Origin: the human T2T-CHM13v2.0 reference genome, Homo sapiens
Assembly (NCBI RefSeq): GCF_009914755.1
Contig: NC_060933.1
DNA length: 64,000 nucleotides
Direction: 5' to 3' (one strand)
How positions within the stretch are numbered: the first letter of the stretch is position 1; each line of letters starts with the position of its first letter. This document shows, piece after piece, positions 1 through 11,028 of the stretch. Under the pieces are notes generated by a model that worked only from the letters and a program-made list of their open reading frames with translations, was not told where the DNA came from and did not search any database. The translations under genes were made by a program, and so were the position numbers.

Positions 1-229
1 CCCAGGCAAACAAAGCCCAGGGTCTCTCTCCTAACTGGGGACTTTCCCAAAGTGCCAGGCCCATTTCCTGGAGGTGGGATAAGGAACAAACAAACCAGAG
101 GCCCAGAAACTGAAACAGAGAGAGGGACAGAATCATCAGGCTGCAGAGTGGAAAGGTGGCCAGAAAAAGAGAGAGAAGCTGCAGAGGCTTGGGCAGAAAA
201 TATGAACACAGAGAGAAAGGGGAGACGCA

Positions 230-420
230 GTCGGAGGGAGGGAGGATGACAGAGAAATTCAGAGTGGTGAGGGTTGGGGAGAGAAGAAATGAGAGCGAGA
301 AGAAATGAGGAAGAGAGAGAGAGTAGGGATGAGAGAGATTCAGACGGAGAGAGAGAGACTGAGGCAGAGAACGAGAAGCGGGAAGGGCCGAGGCCTGGAG
401 AGCTGGAGGTGGAGGGAGGG
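230..420. repeat. GA-rich low-complexity tract
   Basis: Purine-rich GAGA/GGAG runs. Confidence 0.7.
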
Positions 421-451
421 TGGATGTGGAGACCCCGTGCAGGGCAGCGGA

Positions 452-592
452 GGGGGCGGGCCTGCTGGCGGCAGCAGAGGCTGTTTCCGCTGCACCCCTT
501 ATCAGCCTGCTGCCAGATGTTCAGATCCGATGCCAATGTCAGAGAAGTCCATAGTGCTGGGTCAAGGCCGTGGCCAGCGGGAGCCTCAGCTG
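452..592. promoter_or_regulatory. Candidate enhancer upstream of NR5A1 (GC box, GATA, two E-boxes, SF-1/DR0-like site)
   Basis: GGGGGCGGGC 452-461, CTTATCA 498-504, CAGATG 514-519, TGCCAAT 531-537, GGGTCAAGGCCG 559-570, CAGCTG 587-592, in non-repetitive DNA. Motif evidence only. Confidence 0.5.
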
Positions 593-2905
593 CAGTGTGG
601 GGAGGGGGGCTAGGGGCCTGCAATAGACCTGCTCGCTCTTCCCCCTCTGCCTGGTGGCTCTCTGGGCTGGACCACCTCGTGGGGATGGGAAAGGCCAGGT
701 GCCCCTGGGGCCAGTTCTCTAGACTGAGAGCAGGGACTTGTGGAGGCAGATTGGGGCTCCTGGCAACACGTGGACACATACATCTTTGCACATTCGAGAA
801 AGCACATGGACACACACTCAGGCACATGAGTGCACAGTGCCACATGGGGACAGCTCACAGAGTGAAGAGCTGCGCCCCCACAGCTCTCCTCAGCACCCCA
901 CAGCCTGCTAGAGCCCCTGCTCTGCGTGTTCAGCTTAGGGCCCCTACCCCCCCGACCTCTCTCCTGACCCAGGACTGCAGCCCGCACTGGAGAAGCAAGA
1001 TAGGAGCCTCTTTGTGGCTGGTACTATTCCTAGGGCCCACACTGCTCTTCTGTGAACTGGATGCACCCAGAACCTGCTGCCCCAAGGGCTGGGCAGAGGA
1101 CCTGGGACCCTTAGAACATGAGGCCTGGGGGAGCCCCCGTAGGAGGTGCAGAAGGTGGCATCTGGCAGAGCTGGGCTCCAGCCTTGGGTCTGGCCTCTCC
1201 ACCAGGCTCCTGGAGCGTGCAGTGCAGCTGGGGCCCCCAGCCTGGGGTAGCTTATCTCTCGGTGCACACGCTTGGCCCTCAAGGGGTGACCCAGCCTTGC
1301 TCCCCACATTCCACTTCAGCCACGCAGCCGGTGGGCGCCCCCACAGCCCCGAGACAGGGCCTGTGCTTGGAGGGTGGTCAGAAGCCATCATGCTGCACCA
1401 CCCCCTGCTCTCGGCTCCAGCCCTGCACAGCCATCTCTGGTGTCTCTTCGCTTGTCTCTGCTTTCATCTCTGTCACGATGAATCTGTCACTGTCGGTATC
1501 TTAATCATGTTCTAATTTGTTTCTCTCTGCTATTTTCAGCCGCCTAGTCTGTTTTTCTTTTCTCTCTCTGGGGTCCTTGAATGGGGCCACATCTAAGGAT
1601 ACTGACACTTTTCTTTCTAGCTCACAGTGGCCAGCTGAGTGGGAATGTCTATGAGAACTCGGGCTTGGGTGAGGGACAAAGGGCTTCAGAAAGCAGAGAC
1701 CTTGGAACTGTAGTGGGTGAGCTGGGGCAGCCCAGGGAGCCCAAATTCAGGCCCCCTCCCACCCACTGCTAGGAGTCAGCCTGGATGATGGACACTGATA
1801 GGGCCTGGTGCTGGAGGGCTCCCCCATGTAGTGGAGAAGCCTGGGGGTGGCAGCAATGGGGAGGAAGCTGGGGCTGGAGGTCTCCCAGCCTGAGAGCCTC
1901 CTTCCTGTTTGTAGGGAAGTCACTGCCTCACAAACCTGCTAGCGGGAGAAAAGGGAGGCCATGGGGACTTCCGGGAAGCTGGCCAAGGGCCCCAGGCTAC
2001 CCTCCCTGTGCCCACAAGGGGCCCTCTGGCCCTGGCTTAAAATAGTACAGTTCCTCCTGTAATGGTGCTGGGCCCAGCCCAGACCTCAGAGGGCTGCTGG
2101 CTGGCTGCTCGTGCTGCTGGCAGAGGCCCGGGTACCCAGCCCTCCTCAGATTGTGGCTGGAGGCTTTGTCTTGGTAACATGGGTGGGAATGGGGAGTTGC
2201 AGAAAAAGCATGGGTTCCTGAGTCAGAAGCCCTGGATTCAGGTCTCAGCTCCAACACCGACTAGCCGTGAGACTTTGGGCTGGTCCATGTTGCCTCCCTG
2301 AGCCTCAGTTTCCACTTACGGAAAACAGGGTGAGCACGTGGCTTTTAACCTGAACGAGACCACGTATGTAGCTGATGCCTATGGACCTTGCCACACATAA
2401 AGTGGACACTCAAAAAATGGGAGTTCCTTTTGCCTCCAACTCACCTGAGGAAGTGCCTCCTGGAAGCACTCCTCAGTACCTACACTGCTCCTAGGACTGG
2501 GTGTTGAACAAGGGTTTGTGGAGAGGCAGCATGCAGGGAGGGCAAGGATGGGGCTGTGGTCTCCATGGTGAGACTTGTTGCCAAGGGAACAAGACTCCAA
2601 GAGCCCCGGGTCTGGCAGTTGGGCACTTTTGCCATAGGATCTGAGAGACTGATTACCACTGTGGACCTAAAACCCTGATGGGCAGCCAGGCCAAGGCTCC
2701 TGGCTCTGCTAAGTTTCTGCTCTTGGGGTGTAGGGGCGACAGCTCCCCGTACCTAGCCTCCTTTCATGTATTGACTTCACTGAGACCCAACTTTAAGCCA
2801 GCCACACTCAATCTTCCTTAACACTGCCCCCTGTCCCCCAGGACACAGGTACCAGCACCTCCATTTGTCTGACAGGGAAAGTGAGGATCAGAGAAGCATC
2901 TGTCT

Positions 2906-2917
2906 GGGTCAAGGTCA
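2906..2917 (+). promoter_or_regulatory. DR0 nuclear receptor element GGGTCA-AGGTCA (contains TCAAGGTCA)
   Basis: Exact RGGTCA direct repeat with zero spacer, inside a MIR remnant (~2860-2960). Confidence 0.5.
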
Positions 2918-3758
2918 CATACAACCAGGAAGGGCAAGAGCTGGAATGAGAACTCAGGTGGTGAGATCTCTGGTTGACGTGCCTGCTGTCTCATAGACTG
3001 CTTGAAGGAAACGACCCCTGGAAAGAGCTCTGTGTAGTCAGACTCAACCTCATCCCAGCACTTTCCCCTGCCATCATTTCCAGGGGCTTCTGTCTTCAGA
3101 CTCTGACTTAATTCGGAGTAGCCAGCCTTCCCTGTTTCTTCAGGTATGCAGATGGTCTTACGTACCTCTGAGGGTTTGCACAAGGATAAGAATCACAGCA
3201 CAGATCCTGCCGAATAGTAGGTGCTCAATCGATGCTGGTTTATATTCATTCCTGACATCTTGCCAGTTATGTAACCTCAAGCAAATGACTTACCCTTTCT
3301 GGGCCTCTGTTTTCTTATCTGTAATATGGGATCATTATAGCATTAACCTCACCGGGTTGCTCTGGGGAATCAGTAGTACTCTAATGCACACAAAATACTC
3401 AGCACAGAGCTTTGCTTTGTTTTCTAGATGTTACTTTATTATTCCTCCATATTATTGGCTGGCACCCAGGAAACTGAAAGCTCAGTGTCACATAAGCAGC
3501 AATTTATGTATTTAGAGCAGTGTCCTTTTATTCCATGGAATATTATCCCAACAGAATTTTAACAGGAGGCAAAAATGTCCAATGCTCAAATGCTTTTGGT
3601 AGAACCTGGGTTAAACAACATTAGTTTTCTTCAGGTGGGACTTCTCGAGACTTTAATATGCCAGTAAGGGCTGAGAATCAATGAGGATGATAGAGCGAGT
3701 GCAGCACTTCCCATATTTTTGGCAACAGAATTCAGGCTTCTTCCATGGAACCATCTCT

Positions 3759-3781
3759 GGGGGTGGGGTGGGGTGGGGGGG
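3759..3781 (+). other. G-quadruplex-forming motif G5TG4TG4TG7
   Basis: Four G-runs of 4 or more with single-T loops. Confidence 0.7.
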
Positions 3782-5494
3782 AGGTTCCTGAGCTCTGGGA
3801 AGCCATACCAATGTAGCGCCTGCAGTATTCCACATGACTGGGCAGCACCGCTTTTCAGCTCACTTTGGTTGGGTCTGTTCATCCACCTCTTACAGAATTA
3901 ATCCTTTATTAATGTTTTTTATTTTTTTGTTTCTATGGCAAAAGGTTCACCCAAAGGCCATTACTGAGCTTTGCTACAAACTCTGGATATCCACATTCAG
4001 CACTACTGAATTGCTAAGGCTGAGCAGGGAGGAAGCCAGTTGTAACTTTAGTATCAGATAGACCTGGATTCAAAAGCCAATTCTGCCACTGACTAATGTG
4101 TCATCTGAAGCAAAAGGCTTAACTTCCTTGAGCCTCAATTTGCTTATTAGAAAAATGGGGCTGAGACCTACCCCTTGCAAGGCTGTTATGAAGATTACTG
4201 AGACGACATGCGTGAAGCACCAATTACGGCGCCTGGACTCACGAGGCGGTGGGCCAATGCGTCCCTTCTCCTCCCGGCACCTCTGTGTATCTGTTCCCTC
4301 TTGTGGGGGCAAGGAAGACAGTCTATTAATTCGTTCTGCAGCATTTGCTTTGTTCTAAACCCATCTCTTTCAAAACTCAAGGGCTCTCTGGTTTCTTGTG
4401 CTGGAGGCTGAGGAATGGGAAGGCAGCTGGGCTTCCCTCATTTCACACAAGAGGATTAATAGACTTTGATCAAACCCTCCTCAGCCTTTATCTTCCCAGC
4501 CTGAGAAGCCTTCATCTCTCCCATCTGTCTTCATACACCCCTCAACCCAAACTCTGCCACTTCTCTGATCATATGAGCAGGCCTACAGGACAGTTGGGCA
4601 GATCTGAGTTCAAGTACAAACTTAACACTCCTGTGTGATTTGGGCCACATCCCTTGATCTCTTAGAGCCTCCATTTTTTCAGCTCTAGAAAAGCTATTAA
4701 TAGACCTCACCTATTTTCTGGAAAGACAGTATTACTTTGCTAGAGCACAGTGCATCCTAGGCCATCCATTGGCCTCTCATGCACTATGATGCTGCTCTCT
4801 TGCCCAAGACTCAGCAAACAGCTTTCTTTCCCCACACTCTTGAATGTGGCATCCAAGGCTCCCAACTGCTTCTCCAGCCTCAACTCTTGCTAATCCCTCC
4901 CACCTGCCATCATTCTTGCCATGACAGTCCCTTGTTTTACCTGAACACTCCCATCTTTCTGATACACAGCCAGGCCTTTGGACATGGATCCCTCTACCTG
5001 GCCTACCTGTGGATCCCTTTGCCTCGTGACTTTCTTCAAGGGCCACCTTCAACAACACTCATCTGTGAAGCTCTTCCTGACTATCCTCCATAGAACAAGC
5101 CACTCCTTCTCCAGGCCCTTACAACCCCACATACATCCCTAATGACAACCTCATCCCCCCTGCACTGCAAAAGTCTGTATCTGCCTCTCCACTAGGCTCA
5201 CTTCTCTGGTTGTGCCACTCACCTTGGGAGAGTCTTTTCACCTCACTCAACTGTAGTTTCTTCACTTATAAAACAGAATAATCCTTGAAGTTCAATATGG
5301 TGCCTGGCACACAAGTTGGGCACTTCAGTCAGTGCTGGTTCATTGATTCAGGCAGTTCCGAGACACCACCTTCTGCCAGAGCCTCAGCAACAGAATTGAG
5401 GTGGGTGTCAGCTATGAGCAAGAGACACAGGTCTGAAGGCACAAGCCGGCGCCTCAGGACACGCCATCATCCCTCCCCAGAACCCCAGACAAGC

Positions 5495-5547
5495 TTCACA
5501 GACAGATGCCATGTGCAGAAGGATTCACATTTATTGGTTCAAATACA
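5495..5547 (-). terminator. Polyadenylation signal of NR6A1
   Basis: Minus strand reads TGTA (5547-5544), AATAAA (5535-5530), CA dinucleotides ~16-18 nt later, then GU-rich TCTGTCTGTG. Confidence 0.8.
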
Positions 5548-7852
5548 GTACCTAACACTTGCTAAACATGCATTTCACACTAATTGGTCACATTTCCACA
5601 GGTAGTCAATTCACAGAACAGGGCCCATCCCTTGCCAGCTGGCAGGGTGGGAGGTAGCAGAGGGCCTGGGTAGCCTGCAGAGCCCGCCAGCTATCATTTG
5701 GTCATGGAGGGTTGATGGAGTCAGGCTGGCGGGCAGCCCTTGGCCGGCCCTTTGGAGACAAGGGCTCAGGGACATCCCGTTTCCTCGATTCCTACACACA
5801 GGACTGTGGGTGGAGGTGGACCTAGGGCAGGTAACCTGGGGGTAGGCTCGTGGATGTGTGTGCCACTAGAGCCCTTAAAGGTGGTGTCTGTGGGAGTGGT
5901 GCTCCCTATGCCCTGGAGCACAGGAAGGAAATGGAGGCCTCTTCAGGGGGGTGACTAGTCCCTGGCTGGGTAGGTGGGAAGGAATCCCCAGACACAGCCC
6001 AGACATCACAATGCAGCCACCAGCCCCTATGGCAGACCTGGGATGGCAACACAGACAAAAACACCAACACCCCAGGGCAGGCGGGGCTTCTTTCCCGACA
6101 GAAACATGTAAACAGAGCAGGAGCTACAGTATTCTTTTCCCACAGGATTCCTCAGAGAGGAATCGACCAGGATGTCGCTTAAGAGGTAGTTTTTTTTTTC
6201 TTTTTCATGGAAATTTGAATCAACAACATTATCACCTATTACAAGACATTTTAGAGAAAGAAAACAATGGTCATTAAAGGGCAAAGACGGCAGGGCTAGA
6301 TCTGGGGGACTAGCCTCCACCCATAACACAACTTTTGTTCTTGGGCTTGGAGCAGGCTCTGACCTTACTCACCGCCTCCCTTTGAGCCTACAGTTGATTC
6401 CTGTGCAGGCTGTGGTCCATTTAGGGCTTCAGGCCCAGAAGACGGATGCTAGATGGGAACTGGGCTAGACAGAGGGACCAGGCTTCTATGAGCGGGGAGA
6501 GGCAGGGCCACCGTGGCTCGTGTCGTAGGACAGCTAGAAGCCTTCAAGTCTCATGGTGGCCCAGGTCTGGCCAAAGCAGAAGCCCCAGCTTGCTCCAGAC
6601 TTGGCAGGCTCTCTGGAGTTCCCGCCTTGGAGGAAACAGTTCAGGTATGGCTCCCAAGCCCAGAAAAAATGTTGCTGTGGCAGCCTAGAGAGGAGTTTCT
6701 GGGGATCCTGTAATTAAATACACATCCCTGAGCTGTGGCCCCAGAAACCCTTGTCTCCAGGCTAACCAGTTTCCAACACTTGGTGGAATGACTGCCGTTT
6801 CTCATCCTGACACACAGATAAAACATCATTTCACAGATACTGGACATAGATGCTTCAAGCCAAGGAGAAAGGGAGGATGATCAGTTGCAAAGGCAGAGGG
6901 GAGTGCAAGGGAACTCTCATGGGCTGGGGTAGGGGGAGGCAGGGGAGTAAGAGTAGCGGATTTTTTTGTTAAATTTTGTTTGTTTTTTGGGTTTTTTTTT
7001 TTTTTACTTTAAAAAAATCAATTAAAAATTCAAAGCTTAATAAAAGGGCTGGTCTGAAAGACTGGATTCTTAAAATAATTGCAAAAATTTCAAAAGCAAC
7101 AAGGAAAAAAGATACACACCAGGGGCCCAGAGAGGAGGGCCTGGAACCACAGCTCAGCTTTCTGTCCTGCTGAGAGGCCAGGGTTCCCTTAATTCGACCA
7201 ACCTTGGACATGGCTTAGATGCTGCCCACAGTGGGTTTGTCTGTCTCCATCAGTCCCATTCCCCCAGGAAATCAAGAACAAACAAACAAATGTAGGAAAT
7301 GGGTAACAGAGCAATGCACCTAGCTCAGAGCCCAGGATTTTAAGGATCTGGTAACAGTGACCATGGCAGGTACTCACCTCCCTGAAAAAGGGTGGCAGGT
7401 GAGAGGCAGGTTGATGTGGAGTGGGTGACATTCAGTGATGCCACAGAAACCCTTAGGATTCCCCATTCCTTGCTCTGGTTCTGGGAAACAGGACAGGGAG
7501 GATCCTGCTTACTTCCTCCTATCCCTGGGGGCTTGCCCACCTCTCTTGTGAGTGGGGCATAGGGGCTGGGTGTCCTCTGAGCCAGGTTGAGCGCTTTGAG
7601 ACAGATTCTGGGGAATTTCTCCAGATTAACGACGAGACCACCAAACCTTGCAAAGGACTCCAAAAGTCTACAAAGGCAGCCAGAGAGCATGAATAAGTTC
7701 CAAGATGCCAAACTTTTGTCTTGGGACAAGAAAACATCAAAAAGGAGAGGGAGGGAAAGGCTTGCATGTTTCAATGTAGTGCAAGGAGGTGGGATTCTCC
7801 TTTTCCATGTAGCTTTCAGAGTCGTATTTTTATGGCATAAAAATTCTCACTC

Positions 7853-8171
<319 letters not shown>

Positions 8172-9179
8172 TCAAAGTGAGTGCTTTTGGTGGTTGGGGA
8201 TCAGAGAGAGGGCAGAAAGAGAAATTAGAGAAAACATGCACAACTTTTCTCTCCTTCCACTCGCAAAAAGGCTACCTGTTAACCAAACATTATGGGGAAG
8301 AAAGCAAAAAACAAACACACCAAACCTCCCCTCCAACCTTTCTCCGTGTCCTTCAAACCAAATTCACAAATACATCTAGTGGCTGACCTAATGTCTCCAC
8401 GCTGCTAGCTACACTCCTACCTTCTCCTCATAATACCTGAGTTTGCAATGCAACACATTCACTTTACCCTGTTTAAAAAAAGCCCACGTCATAAAAGGAC
8501 TGGTGCAGAAGACATTAAAGACGGTCCACAGGTCAGGCTCCGGCTCGGAACACACAGCCACTTTGCTCTGAGATTCTGCAGGGCTCTCGGCAATGAATGG
8601 GCTCTTTGTTCTGTGGAATCTGCTGCAAACATTTGTAAAACTGGATTTGTACAATGGCAACTTGCAGAACCTTTCCCCTACTCCACAAATTAACAACTTG
8701 CTCTGTTCAATACTACGTTGTTGGAGAGACATGTTCTTGCCTCATCAGAGAGCAATTTCTTTTGACACCCAACACAACGGGTAAAATGTTTAATTTGAAA
8801 AGCAATTTCAAAAATAATAATTGGACAGATAGAGGCCTCAGCAAAGAACGATGCTGTACACAGGAGCTGTCTTAGAGAAGGCATCTGTGATATGTGTCTC
8901 CTTCCCGATCTGGAGGAAAGCAGCTCAGAGTCTGACCTGTGGCCAAAGAATGTGATCTAGTTGGTTAAATAAAATTCAGGGGAACAAGTATCGTGAACTT
9001 AGAAATAAACAGATACACACGAACACACAAGAATCTTCCCACTGACGTGAAAAACATGCTAGCTGGAGCTTTTCCTGAGGAACATGTCTCTTCCTTCTCA
9101 GAGCAACTGGGGAAACGGCATTGAGGAGTAATGTTCCGAGTTTTAGATCCATCAAGGGCCAAAATCATCACTCTGCTGG

Positions 9180-9187
9180 TACCCGTA
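9180..9187 (-). promoter_or_regulatory. miR-99/100 8mer site
   Basis: Plus TACCCGTA = mRNA UACGGGUA; a rare CpG-containing seed match. Confidence 0.75.
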
Positions 9188-9507
9188 ACATTTCACCAGA
9201 AAGAAACAATTACAATCAGACATGGACTACCCAGTATGCACACGACGTGGTGCCCTCCTGGGTAGCTTTACTAGGTTGAGTTGAGGAGACAGCAAACAGC
9301 CTTTGACTAAATAGGCAGAAGAAGGTGCCGTGGGCCCTTCCAACCTACCCAGGCATGCAGCCAACTAAGTGGTCTGCTTGCCACACTGGCTGTGAAAGAT
9401 ACCTGGGTGTAGGCAGGACAAGCACCTGAAAGAGTTCAAAGACAGACCTGGTGTAGCGCTGGCCAAAGTCAAGAGGGTAAGGAACACGTCCTGGGATAAG
9501 GTGGGGC

Positions 9508-9710
9508 AGGTAGTGAGAGGTCAAGGAGTCCAGGCCATGTCTGCAGAGGTAGCAGCCGGGCCATTAGGAACCTGAGGTAGTTTAAAGCCCCCCTTCCCTT
9601 CCAGGTGCTTCTGGCTCCAGCCCTCCAGGCCTTGGCTGGCCAGTCCACTGCTGAAGTAAGGGGCAGCTGAGCCACTCTGGGCCTTGGGCTTTGTGTCCTG
9701 GGTCCCTGAG
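9508..9710 (-). promoter_or_regulatory. miRNA site cluster: miR-196 (9508-9514), let-7 7mer-m8 (9546-9552), let-7 8mer/miR-196 (9573-9581), miR-125 8mer (9703-9710)
   Basis: Plus-strand AGGTAGT, GAGGTAG, TGAGGTAGT and TCCCTGAG at these positions. Confidence 0.75.
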
Positions 9711-10544
9711 GAAAACTGGTCTCACTCTGGAGAGAAAAGGAGAACTTGGAGAAGAACTTAGGGGCAACATTTCTGGTCAGCAGACAGGTGAATGGTCCTT
9801 CTCATTGTTTAAAAAAGCCTGAAGTTTTCGGATTTAGACCTGAGGGTGCGGTAGGAAGGGGAGGGGAGAGGAACAGATTTCAAAAGGGGAGTGTCTATTC
9901 TTTTTGCAGTCTGGCCTTGCCCTACTACCCTTTGAAGAAAACAAGGTGAAAGGAGAATAAATCAGTAGTGGGCACCAGGCTTCAGAACATGGCATTCTGC
10001 TCAGCTGGTTTTTCAAAGGGCCAATAGGAAGTCAAATGTGTAAGGGAGTGGGAAGGAGGAAGGTGGGCCTCAGGAGATCCAGGTAAGGAAACTAGGTAGC
10101 TGGGGGCCCCGAGGGAGCTGGGAGGCGAGTCCTGTGGATCAAGTGATTGCCAGGACTTTGCCTAGATGGAAAGTTCGCAGTGGTAGACAATGATGGTGGT
10201 GCAGGGGTAAGGGGGGCAGCAAGGTGTGAGAACAGAAATTCTTCTGCCCTTAGGACTTGTTGGGTGGAAGGACACCTGCCTTAAATATGGTCACTGTGCC
10301 CCTACTCTCTTAATTTTCACGCTTTCCAAGGAAAGGACGTGGCTCAATCCTCACCTCCTACCCTGTTGCCGTCTCACCAACCTTGCTTAGTGAATCTCCT
10401 AACAACACTTTGCCCCCTTACAGTGTGCCGTTTTATCTGGCAATTCTGTGGCTAAAAAAGGCAATTTGCTCTCTGACAGACAAATGTATGAGTCTGCTGA
10501 GAAAATGTGGAAAAAGTAGGGATGGCCACACCCCCCATTTCCAT

Positions 10545-10553
10545 TGAGGTAGT
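10545..10553 (-). promoter_or_regulatory. let-7 8mer overlapping miR-196 7mer-m8
   Basis: Plus TGAGGTAGT = mRNA ACUACCUCA. Confidence 0.8.
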
Positions 10554-10736
10554 CATCTTTGTCAACATTATGGAAATAGTCATCTTAGCCCCATCCCACC
10601 CTCTCCCTCAAAATACAAAAGAACTATTTCTAAACAATGACAACACTGTAACATTAAACATCTTCACATTCTGTAAACTGTAAGAAAATGCATTGGCTGC
10701 ATTCACACAAAAGCATGTGCATCATGTTGAAGGCCA

Positions 10737-10757
10737 TACATTCAACTCTGTCGTGAA
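10737..10757 (-). promoter_or_regulatory. miR-181 8mer site with extensive 3' pairing
   Basis: Plus strand TACATTCAACTCTGTCGTGAA aligns to miR-181a-5p AACAUUCAACGCUGUCGGUGAGU, so the mRNA is its complement. Confidence 0.85.
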
Positions 10758-10939
10758 ATAAATATATAGAAAAATGAGGTTAAAAAAACAGACAAACAAA
10801 CAAAAACTCTTCTTGCTATGGAGGCAACGGGAAATGCTGCTCCACAGCCTCCATCTTGGTCTCTCTGGCTTTTCCCTCCAGAGCCTGTCCTGCCCACCCA
10901 AGACGCTGTGGTTGGCCTGAGGAGGGCGCCTGGAACAGG

Positions 10940-11028
10940 TCATTCCTTGCCCACACTGGTCTTGCAGGAATGCAGCACCACCTTAAAGAGGAGGGGCAGC
11001 TGCTCCAGGGGCACATTCACCATCTTTC
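10940..11028 (-). CDS. NR6A1: NR6A1 last exon, coding part (89 nt including TGA)
   Basis: (G)KMVNVPLEQLPLLFKVVLHSCKTSVGKE*. Acceptor CCCAG| at 11029-11030, stop TGA at 10942-10940. Confidence 0.97.

Noticed and set aside
274-1515. 413-aa plus-strand ORF and overlapping ORFs
   Set aside because: Starts at a non-ATG codon in GA-rich low-complexity DNA, has no recognisable domain, and long stop-free frames are expected in GC-rich sequence.
1840-1853. CCTGGGGGTGGCAG as the intergenic CTCF insulator
   Set aside because: Several mismatches in the 5' half of the motif, in G-rich DNA where such matches are common.
5524-6132. Additional 8mer matches: miR-23 (5524-5531, also 10663-10670), miR-101 (5544-5551), miR-30 (6107-6114), miR-144 (6125-6132)
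   Set aside because: Real matches but AU-rich seeds found by scanning many families; not promoted without conservation data.
8789-8794. ATTAAA on the minus strand as an internal polyA site, and a possible proximal polyA site near 10650
   Set aside because: A short-UTR isoform is plausible from what is known of GCNF, but I see no canonical hexamer near the stop and cannot support either site from sequence alone.
10737-10800. Plus strand resembles mature miR-181, so possibly an unannotated miR-181 paralog
   Set aside because: No complementary 3p arm downstream to form a pre-miRNA hairpin; better explained as a target site on the minus-strand mRNA.
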